A stretch of 64,000 nucleotides of DNA from Monocercomonoides exilis PA203 (GCA_001643675.2 LSRY02000025.1:806001-870000); one strand, 5' to 3'; shown: positions 1-13,034, numbered from the stretch's first letter. A program made the numbers and translations. Notes: generated by a model from the sequence alone, not told the origin.

Positions 1-611
1 AATGAAATAAAAAGATAGGAAGTTTTAAGTGAAAGATGTTTATTATGAAATAAAAACGAATTAAGAAAACACGATTTAGAGAGAAAATGGAAAAAGATAA
101 GTGCTTCATCAATTAGATTCGTCATTTGTGTTTCTATTGCTTTTCATTTTAGAATGTTGTATTATGCAGTGAAGCTAGGCTATGATCACTATCCATTTTG
201 CATGATTTTTTGTTGATAGAAACCGTTCTTGATTTTACACGAAATAACTTTTTCATTGAACACTTTTTTCTCAACATATTTTTGACCTTCAAAAATTGAA
301 AAGTTTCAAATTTTGTCCAAATCCACCATTAATTGCATATTTATCAACGAATAATGTTCAAATGAACTTTATCGTTTATTCTGAAAAAGAAAATGATAAC
401 TTTCATTTTGGAAAAAATTCGAAAATTGACTGAAAAATTTCCATCATTTTTGAAAATATTGTGATTAATCGCAATTTTTATATATGATAGTTTCTGACAA
501 AAATACATTAGAATATTTTCAAATATATCTGATAGAGGAAATAAATGTGATAACATGCAGACATGATAACATCAGAGGTTATTACAACCTCGCTTTTCTG
601 TTAAAGGCTCG

Positions 612-3498
612 ACTTTTTTCTGGGACTTTTTCCCTTATTGGCACTTTTTTTGTTTTTGCTTGCCAACAACCGAAAAACGCTGGATGGCTTTCGGCACATT
701 TAAAATCCTTTTTAACCAGTTTTATTCTATTTATTTACTGTTTTCTTTTTTCTTTTTGTTTTTTACACATATGGGTGATTATTTTTGAAATCATAACTTT
801 TTTCGGGGTGTTCATAATTTTGAATATCCATTGTCGTTAGTTAAATAATATTCATTCTAATAAATTATGTTTGTTTATCGTTTTTCAAAGCCACAATTTT
901 TCTCAAAAAAATCGTAAATGCACCATAAAATAGATCATTCACTTTTCAGTGTTCATTAATTGATATTTATTTCAAATATTCAAACCCAAAATTTTGACAG
1001 AAAAAATATGGTTTCAAAAATAATCACCCATATAGAAATAAAGATTTTTTGCTCATTTTAATAAGACTTTTATCAGCGAACCAGGTAGCTCAAAAGAAAT
1101 TCATAGCTTGTTTTGAATTGGATAAACTATAATATAACTATTTTTTAATTCTTTTTTTCACAAACACTTTTTTCTTGTTTTTTTTTTCACATTTCATTTT
1201 TTTGACAACATGCAAGGACAAAACTGATTATTTCTTTGTAAATATGATGAAATGATAAAAATAAAAATATGATATGAAAAATAAATACATTATTAATGAA
1301 GTGTTGTCAAAATAAAACCTTGATTTTTTCTATTTGCATACAATTTAACTTTGTCGCAAAAAAGGTTATGTGTAACTTATTGGGTACTAAAATTATCATT
1401 GAAATAATTTTGAATTATTTCGAAAATGCACTTCATTGTTGAAAATTTGATTAATAAATGTGTGATTGAGTTTCAACAATTGACAAATTTGTTTGTGAAT
1501 TTCAGTTTCATCACCAAAAATTAAACCAGAATTTTCAAATATTTATAGAAACATTAAAAATTTTCTTCATTCTCCAACGAATTTTCTTTTAAGAATAACT
1601 TTAATTAAAAAATCCTCAAATAAAATTATTTTTAGTAACAGAATCTGTTGATATTTCATCATTTTTGAAGTTTTCTTTTCATTATCCTGATAAATTTTTG
1701 AATGGATCTGTCCCACCATTTGAGTGATAATGATTTGAACATAATGTTCTGATTGGATTTTTCTTTAAAAATCATAATTTTTCAAAAACAAAAATATCAT
1801 TGGCAAATGGGCACTTTACCGGTACATCAAAATTTGCTTTATTTTATGATAAAAATGATTATCATTGTTTTAAATATATTAGTTCAAAATATTAAAGTAC
1901 GGAAATTATTCTGAGTAGAAAAAAATTTTTTCAAAAAAAAATTTATCAAAAATGTATTTTTTGGTACGAGAAATCTTTCATAAACAAAATTATTTGAAAG
2001 TTAACATTGAATTTTTTGTTATTTTCATCTCCTAAAAGAAGATTGCAAGAAAAAAGAAAACTGAATCTTTTTCTCAGCATCATCATCTTGATTTCCAATG
2101 AGTTTCGGCACCTCACAATAACTTGTTTTTAAATAACCCTAACCCTATATAATTTTTTTCAAATAAGAAAGGAATTCGTTAAACCGAATCCCTTAAATAG
2201 AAGATTTTTAATAATATCCTATAACATATGATATCTATTTATCTAATATTATATTTTTGCTGAACTCAATAAATTATTTTTCGGTTTCATAACATAATTT
2301 TTTCGCATGCATATTATTTTCCTATTTCATCTCTCAGTGAAATTAATAACAAATTCCAATCCATTTCTTCTTTATTAAATGCAAGAATCATCATGAAATT
2401 ACCTTTCTTTTGAGATAAGATATGTTTCAGTCAAGAAAAAAAGAAAATATTTCTCAAAAAATGTGATATTTTTTTGATCAAAGATTTTTTCAAAATATTC
2501 TTTAAAAACGTTTCCCACAAAATAAATAGCTTTAAATAGCAAATATGAGAATAATATAATGAAATAAATTGATTGTGTCGATTTTTGAATGTTCCGGTTT
2601 AATACCCATATGCCATATCATTCAATCAATGATGATATTCAAATTTGTCAATATTTGGTTACACATTGATAATAATTCACAATTGAAATCGGTACCCAAC
2701 ATGCCACATCTAACCAAAAGAAAAATGATCGTTGATCATTGAAAGTTGGTGCCATTTCAAAGTTAAATTGTATGCAAATAGAAAAAATCAAGGTTTTATT
2801 TTGACAACACTTCATTAATAATGTATTTATTTTTCATATCATATTTTTATTTTTATCATTTCATCATATTTACAAAGAAATAATCAGTTTTGTCCTTGCA
2901 TGTTGTCAAAAAAATGAAATGTGAAAAAAAAACAAGAAAAAAGTGTTTGTGAAAAAAAGAATTAAAAAATAGTTATATTATAGTTTATCCAATTCAAAAC
3001 AAGCTATGAATTTCTTTTGAGCTACCTGGTTCGCTGATAAAAGTCTTATTAAAATGAGCAAAAAATCTTTATTTCTATATGGGTGATTATTTTTGAAACC
3101 ATATTTTTTCTGTCAAAATTTTGGGTTTGAATATTTGAAATAAATATCAATTAATGAACACTGAAAAGTGAATGATCTATTTTATGGTGCATTTACGATT
3201 TTTTTGAGAAAAATTGTGGCTTTGAAAAACGATAAACAAACATAATTTATTAGAATGAATATTATTTAACTAACGACAATGGATATTCAAAATTATGAAC
3301 ACCCCGAAAAAAGTTATGATTTCAAAAATAATCACCCATATGTGTAAAAAACAAAAAGAAAAAAGAAAACAGTAAATAAATAGAATAAAACTGGTTAAAA
3401 AGGATTTTAAATGTGCCGAAAGCCATCCAGCGTTTTTCGGTTGTTGGCAAGCAAAAACAAAAAAAGTGCCAATAAGGGAAAAAGTCCCAGAAAAAAGT
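612..3498. repeat. Long near-perfect inverted repeat (arms 612-1353 and 2758-3498, ~1.4-kb spacer); foldback/TIR-like element or inverted duplication
   Basis: Left arm begins acttttttctgggacttt and right arm ends aaagtcccagaaaaaagt. Inner ends pair caatttaactttg with caaagttaaattg. Arms are 742 and 741 bp; the only difference I found is a T10/A9 homopolymer. No TSD seen. Confidence 0.95.
2080..2757 (-). pseudogene. Possible decayed protein-kinase relic inside the inverted-repeat spacer
   Basis: Minus strand reads MLGTDFNCELLSMCNQILTNLNIIID*MIWHMGIKPEH (like QI...IHRDIKPEN). About 400 nt further on there is a YLRD/GFGLT frameshifted DFGL-like string near 2175-2200. Stops and long spacing weaken the call. 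Confidence 0.25.
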
Positions 3499-3791
3499 TG
3501 ATTCTATATGATATTTTTTCGTTTCAAAATAAAAGATCCAAAAAAAGGGAGGGATTCAAAAATAACTGATCTTTTTTCAATAAAATAAAATAAATATAAA
3601 AATAAAAATAAAAACGAAAACGAAAACTGAGAATTTGAAAAAAAATATATCATTTTTTGAATAATTTTTTTTTTTAAAAAAGCAATAAATAAAAAATAAT
3701 ATATTCAACTACTATTTTGTGTTAACATTTCAATCTTAAACAACATTACTTACTTTCTAACATTTTCCGTTTTCATTAAAAAAGGAAAACA

Positions 3792-6700
3792 ATGCACTTC
3801 TGTCCATTAAAAACAATTCTGTATTGCATTTCTGTTTTCGAAGTTTTTGTCAAATCCGAACATTCCTTTTTGGAAAATGCTTCAACTAAAAAAATAGATA
3901 CAAATCAATTTGTTAAAGCTCCAAATGTTGAAACGCATATCTTTTCTATTGAAAAAGAAGGCGAACGAGAAACTTTTAATTGTCATAATTGCAATTCTTT
4001 GACCAATTCATTTGTCACCTGTAGATATATAGCATCAAACTCCTCGTTATCACTTTTGAAGCTTGATATTTCTTGGTCAAAGAATTGTCAAATCTTTTTT
4101 GCAAAAAGATGTTCACACATAAACATTTGCACGTGTTCTCTTCAAGAATATTTCAGTTTATCAATCCCATTTGAAAGCCACAAATCACAGCTGTTCTTCA
4201 ACAACTTTTCAATCAAGCAAATCGAATCAAAAAAATACACTCCACCAATTGCACGCATAATTGGAGAAATGTCTTCAATAGAGTTGCATTCTTCAACACT
4301 ACAAAATTTTCTGTTTGAAAAGACTGGGACATTTCTTCTCAATTGTTGCTTCTCTAACGTTGTGAGGAATTCATTTTTCAAAAACATAACGGTCAAATGC
4401 CAACTGAATAATGAAATTTGCACTGATGGTTCTGTCTTTGCTTCGGAAAAAAGTGTTATTGACTGCTGTCAAATTGAATCAACTGAAAATGCTCTTGTTG
4501 GCACAGTGATTTGTGGTATTCAGCAATCAAGGCATCTTCATTGCACAAATACGTCTATAATCGGAAACAAAAATAGCGATGATGTGCATAAAAATCCTGA
4601 ACAAATAATAACCTCTAATTCAGTAAACTTTAACTATTCTGAATGGATCAACTGCACATCCGCAACAAATGGTGGTGCCATTTCCATCACAGGAAGCGAT
4701 AATTCAACACTAAATCTCTCTTTTTGCTTCTTTTTTAACAACCAAGCTCTTCATGGGCGTGGAGGTGCAATTTATACTCTTTCAATTTCCACAATAAACA
4801 TAGATCATTCCATATTTCAAGAATGCAAAGCTCCAGATAACAGCTTTGATGAATCTGGTGGTGGAATATGCATCAAATGTCCTCAATCCACATACTCCGT
4901 TAATAACTGTTCATTTATCTGCTGTTTTTCCGGAAATGATGGTGCTGGACTGAGCATTGACAGTAAAAGTGCAACAATGGGTGGCGATGAATTATTAAAT
5001 AACCTGTTTTGTAATTGTTCGACTTCGCAATTACCTGCATCAACAGGCGGAGGAATTCAAATGTGGGCAATGGCAATTCCTCCAAAAATCAAAAACTGTT
5101 TTTTTCTTAACAATTTCGCTTTCAATGGCGGAGGGGGATTTGCCCTTCAAATTCCAAATCAATATTCTGAAAAAACAGTTTATTTTTGTTTTTTTCACTC
5201 AAATGGTCAAGGTCCAGATGGAACAGGTGGATGCGACATTCTCTTGCAGGATCAACAAATCAACATTATTGATTCAAGTTGTTATTCATCAAGAATTATT
5301 GGACAAAGAGTTGGAAAAAAGTATAACAGTCTCATTGATACTAGTACTTGGCTTCGAAATGATGGAGGAAGAATCAGATTCGTCTCCTCAGCGTTAACCA
5401 AACCAAATGCAAAAGACACATATGCATGCGGAATTAATGAGTCTCATCCGTGTGGCACCATCAGCCATTGCCTCACTCAGCTGATCCCGGATGTTGTGAA
5501 GGATGTCCAGATACTCACAGGAACGATTACAGAAACCAAAAGTGTGGATTGTGGCACAAACTCTTTCACGATATATGGCCAGAGTGGTTTGAGCACAACA
5601 GTGCAGACAGAATTGGAAGCAGCTGGGTTGTCTCTTTTTGCTGTCTCGACAGGCACATTGTCTGTCAGTGACTTTGCCCTTTTACACAGTTCGGCTCATC
5701 CGAATAACCGTGGGTCATGGCTGTTTGAGATAAATGGAGCAGGAGTAATGAGTATCAGCAGTCTGAACGTATCTATTGGAAGTGGACAATCAACAGAAAC
5801 AGCATTCACAACAGAGCTGATCAATGTTCAGAATGGTGTGCTGCAGATGGACAATGTGAACTGGGCAAAGACGATCTCCACAACTTCATTGTTTTCGCTT
5901 TCTTCGACAAATGAAATATCATTGACGCTTTCGGAGTGTGCCTTTGATGGGATTGAGAGAACAAATAGTGAAGCAGCTGTATTGACATTTTCCAATGATA
6001 AGGCAAACATGAATCTGGATTCTTGTTCATTTTCTGGTTGTGGGAGCACGGGCTCAGAGAATGGAGGATCAATGATGTTGTGTGTTGGGGATGCAAATGA
6101 AGTGAATGTGAAAGACGGGTCTTTTAATGGCTGCTATTGCTCGGTGACAAATGGACTCGGAGGAGGAATCCTTCTCCAGCTATTGAATGCAAATCCAAAT
6201 TTCAAAATCTCCTCTTCATTTGGAACGAACACAGCCAAATGGGGAAGAGACATCTTTGTCCTTTCACCAGACCTGGAAGAAACTGCAAGGTCACAAAAGA
6301 TTCAATGCGTAGCAGCCTCTTTGGACTCGTTTGACAAGGTGAGAGGATATGACAATGGAAACAACACTGTGGCCATCCCTCTGTGCATATATCTCCTTCC
6401 CACCCCGGAAGAAATATATGTGAGTAATACTGAGGCATCTGATCATTCTCATTGTGGAATAGTCCAATTCCCCTGTTTGACAATAAAGCACTCTCTCACA
6501 CGTCAAACAGAAACAAAGAAAGTTACTGCGAGTGGAATGATTATGATGGCTGATGAATTGGCTTTTGCCAATCAAAAGCATGAAATCCGAGGAAATGATG
6601 ATGAAAGTGGCTGGACAGTCTCTGATTCGAGTGCGACATCCAATTCAGCGATGTTAACAACAAGCGTTGAAACAGTCTTGTCAAAACTTATCTTCTCTCT

Positions 6701-9700
6701 TCCTTCTTCTTTTTCATCGCATTCCACTTTTATTTCGTCATCTTCTTCAACACTAACCCTATCACATTGCTCTTTAACTCTTCAAGATTCTTCATCAGAA
6801 CTGGTATCCTTATTCTTATCCATTGCCTCGGGAATCCTGACAATTGATTCGTTCTCAGCTTCGTCAATCACTTTGAGCGGAAATCCATTGATCTCATTAT
6901 CAGGAAGCATCACAAAGGCAGAATTAAAAAGCGTTCAACTGAATGCGATCGGAACATCTTTCACATCAGGACTATTTGAAGTGAAGAACAACGCTTCTCT
7001 TCAGGTGTGTGACAGCGTTGTTTCTTCAATTGCTCGATCGGAAGAGCTGGCATCCTCGCGTCTTATCTCCACAACAGATGCAAACAAAATTGTCATTATA
7101 CGCTCTGACATTTCGAACTTTGCTGTGAATAATCAGAACGGGGGAGCGATTGAATGCACACTTGAAAGTGGCTGTTCCTTTGTGTTTGAAGAGGGAACAA
7201 TGAGTTCATGCAAAAGTGAGGGAGGGAATGGAGGGGGATTGTGGGTGCGGGCAAAAAGCGGATCATCCCTCAGGATTGGCAATGTGACGGAAGCGCCTTC
7301 AAACAATGAAAATGAAAATGAAAATGAAAATGAACAGGAGGAAAAAGTGTGCTTCTCTCATTGTGAGGCATCAGCAAATGTTGATGGAGGCAAAGGATTT
7401 GGAGGAGGGGCCTGCTTGTATTTGGATGCTGGAGCATCTGATTTTGTATTGAAGAGCGTGAGATTTGATGGATGTTCAGGAAGGAAAGGGAAAGACTTGT
7501 TTTTGGATGCAAATGATCTGAGGGCTGTAACAAACACGGCAACAATCGGCTTCAATGTTGATGTGAATGAACTTCACAAGTTGAACGGGTTTGAGCGCTC
7601 AACGGCAAATGAAGAATTCGTGATACCACTTGTTGTGTATTTTTGGAACAACTTCACATCTCCTTGCCACGTTGGAGGGCAGAAGGCACATGATTTCAGT
7701 GGGTGTGGATTTGAGCAGGTTCCGTGTTGCACAATTACTCAGGCAGCAGATTTGAGGTTTTCTGGAAAAAACAAGTCGATAAAACTGCATTCGCCATTTT
7801 CATTTGTGGAAGAGCTGATCATGGATATAGATGAATGGAACGTGACTGGAGAAGGAAATATCTCAAGTTATGAGATAGCAGCTGACATTTCTGGTGCTCA
7901 AAAGGAGTATTTGAGATACACTGCCCAACCACCTTTGCTGAGTTGGTGTTTTCTGTTGCTGAAAGAATAGGATCTCACGAAAGCATTTTCCATTGCATTT
8001 CCAGCTCACTGACAATTCAGGATTGTGGGATTATTGCATCAAAAAATAGCTTGGATGTTTCCTTTGTGAAAGCGGAAAGAGGCAAGATTGCAATAAGCAA
8101 TACGTTTGGGAATGGAATCAGATGGCAGACAAGTGCAATCATTGCCAATGGAAGAAATGGAGGAGTCCCTTCAGTTGAAATTGCAGAAAGCCGCTTTTCA
8201 GGAAGTGGGGAGCAAAGCGGATGCTTGATGGAATGCAGAAGCATAAAGAGCTTGAACATCACCAAATGTGAAATGAAGACAATAGAAAGAGTAACTGGAA
8301 ATGGAGGTTGTATTTACATTGACATCAGCAATGATAACGGTGAAGGTGAGAGAGTTGATGTTACCGAATGTGTTTTTGATAGATGCTCTGTTTTGGCTGA
8401 TGAAAGCAGAGGAGGGGCAATGTTTTCTCAGTTGAAAGGAAACATTCAAATGAATGTTATTTCATGCACATTCATAGGATGCACAGCACCAACTGAAGAG
8501 GAGAAATCTGGCTTTGGAGGAGGGATGGCACTGAAGTTGATTGATGATTATTCTTTGTTTGTGATCTCATCTCCTGTTTTTGATTCTGATAAGCCGAATG
8601 TTGCAAGATATGGAAATGACCTGTTTGTCGAATCGCCAAGCCTGACAAAGAGCATCACAAATGCATCCCTTCCGTTTGTATGTAAGAATCTGAATGATAT
8701 TTCCTTGGATTCGATGAGAGGGTTTGATGGGAATGACACAACAAATGCCATTCCGCTGGTGTATTTCTGGATTGCACTTGGATCAGAGATATTTGTTGGA
8801 GGCGAAGGAAAAGATATGGGTGCCTGTGGGTTTTCGGATTGTCCTTGCCTGTCAATCGATTATTCTCTGGATCGATTGTCCGAAGGAAATGAAAGGGATA
8901 TAAACATCATTGGAAAAGGAGTTCTTCAGAAATGTGTTGATGTCAGCGGGGCTGCAATAAAATCAGATAATAGCCTCATTTGCTCCTTGGAGTGTCTCGC
9001 TTCGCTTGAAGGATCAGAGAAAGCAGCAATGAAGATTCAGGGAATTACAAACTTCGAACTGATAAACTTTGTGATGCCATCTTCATTCACTGGTGATGTT
9101 AAAAGTTTGATGCATGTTGGATCATGTGATGCGTTGTTGACTGTGAAGGACTGTTCATTCACAAAAATGGAAGAAAGTGAAGAAGAAATAATCAGCTATG
9201 GGCTGATCAAGGCAGATGGAGGCACAGTTCAATTGGAATTGGTGACAATGCAATCGCTGTCTTTTTCAAAGGATGTGATTTCTGTGTTATCTTCAACGAT
9301 GCTGAACATCAAAAATCTGACGATGAAGAATGTTGATCTGGATGGATCAAGTGGATTGAGCATTTCGAAGGGATCAAAAAGAGGAAAAAATGAAGATGAA
9401 CAAAACATTGTTGTTGAGTGGAGTGTATTCGAAGAAGTCACCCAGAACACGACGGATGACAATCCTGTCATTCGAAATGACAATGATGATGAGCCTTTGA
9501 AAATGGTTATACGAAACACAACGATGAAGAAGTGTGGTGGAACGAGGTGTGGAAAGGGAGGGGCGATGTTTGCCCTGTTGAACGAAGGAGGACACCTTGA
9601 CTGCTTGTTTTGCACGATTTCTGAGTGCTTCTGCTCAACCACAGGAAGAGGTGGGTGGCTGTTTCTGGAATGCACTTCAACAGCTGAGCAGCCTCTGAAG

Positions 9701-12700
9701 TTTGTATTATCCAACATCACATTCCGAGACAACGCTGCGTTCAGAGGGAGAGATGTGTATGCGAGATGCCGCTCAATCGAAAATCAAATTGCAGATGAGC
9801 AATTCTTGCTGGACTTCCGAGCTCCGTTTGTGAAGGATCTAGCAATGTGGGGCTGCACAACAGACTCGTTTGTGGGGGAAGAGGATCTGCTGCTGAGGGT
9901 TGTGAAATACCAGAGCGAGACGATCTTTGTGTCTTCTGCTGCAGACAACCACGAAGACAGCAAGCAATGTGGAGAGTTCGGCAAGCCTTGCGAGTCGCTG
10001 AATGAGGGGGTGCAGCACATCGTTCCGTCTCAATACTCCCAGCTGCTGGTGTCGCACCAGACAGCCATCTGCTCGCCATGCAGCGCAACCAGCGTGAGCA
10101 TCCGCTCGCTCGAGTCCCCTTCCTCTGCGCTCGTCCACCTCGACACCCCCATCCAGCACTGCCCAGCCATCCTCGCAACCTCTGCAAACGTCCGGATCGA
10201 GTGCCTCGACTTCCTCTTCAGCCCATTATTTTCGCACACAGGCAGTGCTGTTGTGTGCCACACCGATGGCCACCTCTCGCTCTCCTTTGTCCAGTTTGCT
10301 TCCTCTGCCACTTCATCAGCCACCTCTCCAGCTGCACACCCGGTGCTCCTCAACTCCTCCCTGCTCGCCATCGAGGGTGGCCACCTGACTGTCGACAACT
10401 GCTCCGTCCTGCACCTCGCGTTTGCTCTCCCGCCTTTCCTCCTCTCCACTGCCAACCGTGTCGCCCTCGCAAACATAAGCCTCCAGCACCTCCAGCTGTC
10501 AGCCAGCGCCTTCGAGTTCCGCCAGTGCCAGAGCGCCTCGGCACACAGCGTGGCAGCCGAACATCTGGTGTTTTCGCAGGGCAGCATCCTCTGCCTCCCT
10601 GCCACTGCCACGGGAGACATCGCCTTTTCCGGCTCGTCTTTCCGCAACTGCACAAACACACGCTCCAGCTCCAGCACCAGCACAAGCACAAGCACCTCCT
10701 TTGGCTCGTCTGTGCTTTCTGCGTCTTCCCCCTCTGCACACATGTCCCTGTCCAACTTCACCTGCTCGCAATGTGGCCCATCCCCTGGCAACGATGCTGA
10801 TGAACCGGCACAGCAGGGGAGCGTTGTGAGTGTGAGCAATGCAGCAGATCTCTCGCTGGCCATGTGTGTGTTTGAGGGAGCACCTTCAGAAACCACTGAA
10901 AGTGCAAATGAAAATGAAAATGGAAACAGAAACGGAAACAGAAACAGAAACAGCGCAGACAGCATCTGCTCGTGGAATGCATCGCTGGTCCATCTGTGCA
11001 ACACAACAGCAGCCATCAGCGATCTCACAGTGGCAAACGCATCTGACGGAGCGCTGTCTGTCTCGGGAGGCACTGTCCGCATGGACGATGCAAAGTTTGT
11101 GGGGAACAGCCCCTCTGCCCGCAGCAGCCCTTCGGCCAGCAGCTATCCGTCTGCCCGCCGGAACATCGCCTGCTCCGATGGGGCGTCGCTGACCCTGGCG
11201 AGCGTGAAAGGGGGAGACGGCGCGAAAGACAACACCTCTCTGTGGATACTGGACAGCGGATGCACGCTTGCCGGCATCCCCCGCCACAGGCTGTCTCCCT
11301 TCTTCATCCCAACACTCCATTCTGCACACGAGGCGGGAAACGAAGCAGATGAACAGAGCGAGGTCACAATCAGATTCCAGGGAGAGCTCCTCTTGCCCTG
11401 CAATCTGTCGTTCCTGCTGGCAACAACCATCGGAACCGAGGAATTGCTGCATCGGTACGAGTTCGATGCAAAAGGGCTTGTCTCGGAAAAGGAGGCCTTT
11501 GGGGAAATACAAGGGAGCATCCTTCGAGAGGCGCCAGCAGAGGCAGAGGTGTCTGTGTGTCTGCTCTTTGGCAATGCTGATGCTCCCTCAGCCACTGAGC
11601 CTTTCATCCTGAAGAACAAGAGCGATGGAAAAGCAAATGGAGACGAAAGAATTGTTGAAGGAGGAAAAGAAGGGAAATCTTATTGGTTGTTAATTGTGAT
11701 CGCTTGTTCAGTTTTCATAATGTTGTTGGCGATAATTGTTGTTTTGGCAGTCAGATGGAGAAAGCAAAAGAGAAGAACAGAAGAACTTGAAGTGATTGTG
11801 AATGATAACATCAGAAAAGATCCGAAGGCATTTGAGATGGTGACAATGGAAATGTCACCTGAGGAGCAGTGGAGAAGAGCCGAGAGAGAGGCAGAGAAGA
11901 AGAATGAAGAGAGAATCAAGAAAAGAGCATATGATACGAATATGCAGCATTCAGAGTCATCAGAGCATCTTCTATCTGAGAGTGGTTCCACTGAATACAT
12001 TCTGGGAAGAGACTCAGACAAGATTCCTGAATGGGCATTGGAGAAGGATGAAGAGGAAGAGACAAGAAAGAGATCTCCTTCTCCATCCATTTCATCCACT
12101 TCAACCACAGACACTTCAGACACTGAATCCACATTTGTTCGAGGGGGAAGATTTGTGCCCAACCACTTCGTCAATGTCGAATCTGGTGGATGCGATGAGC
12201 TGCTCTTCTCCGCATGAGAAGCTGATTGTGGATTTGAGGGATTCTCTGTTCATGCTGTTGCATGGAAGAAACGAGAAGAAGGAGATGGCAATTGGGAGCC
12301 TTCAACAAAGAGAGCAAACAGCTGCCCAAATCCTGTTCTGGGTGGCGAATGGGGCACTTCACTCGTTTGAAGAAATGGAAAATCCTCTTCAGTCATTATC
12401 CAATCTGAGTCCGCACATTGTTCTATTTTCAGAACACATGGTCATCTGCATTGTGATTCACTCTGACTTATTGTCTAATGATTCAGATTCTTCATCTATC
12501 TCTTCATCAACAGCTGTGACTTCTGCCAGTGATGATGACGATGAAGATTCTCTTCCCTCATCAGCATTTGAGGATGAAGATGACTTCAGGAAAGAGTGCT
12601 TGAGGTGGAAGGCACCAGAACTGCTGATCAACAAGAAGATGGGAGCAGCAAAGGAGTCAGTCTCGTTCTCGATTGGGATGATGCTGTGGGAGTGCTTGAC

Positions 12701-13034
12701 TCTGCAGATCCCGTTTGGGGAGTATGAGGCAGAGGTGGCAGGGCAGAAGATTGCGAACGGAGAGCGGCCAGCACTCGAGGCAGTGCAGTGCTCTTCCTTC
12801 TTTGGCCTTGTGAAGAGCTGTGTGTCCCAGTCGCCTGGTGCACGCCCCTCCCTTGTCCAGCTCAAAAGAGAGTTCATCGGGCGCTTCCCGCCTGGCGCAG
12901 CTGTCCTCACCCTCACAGACGCAGTCGACCTCGAAGACTCGACCGACGGACACAGGCAAGGCACAACATCCTTGGCCTTCTCAGCCAGCAGCACTGCCAA
13001 CGAAGCCCAGCCAACGGTCAACACCAAAATTTGA
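3792..13034 (+). CDS. Giant single-pass receptor-like protein (beta-helix-like ectodomain, TM, TKL-like pseudokinase), ~3,080 aa if two homopolymer frameshifts are repaired; may be a pseudogene
   Basis: ORFs 3792-7970, 7943-12217 and 11904-13034 join into a protein collinear with the intact paralog at 52025-59956. Frameshifts lie at AAAA 7900-7903 and GGGGG 12143-12147 (paralog has GGGG). GGAI/GGG repeats, five CG-x4/5-PC motifs, TM ~11681-11752, then LRWKAPE / SFSIGMMLWECLT / IPF / GERP / ARPS kinase C-lobe motifs. Confidence 0.85.

Noticed and set aside
2134-2147. TAACCCTAACCCTA telomere-like sequence
   Set aside because: Only two units, which is expected by chance.
9741-11619. Long antisense and alternate-frame ORFs (up to 350 aa; likewise 56736-59097)
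   Set aside because: Shadows of the GC-rich receptor coding block, with no independent motifs.
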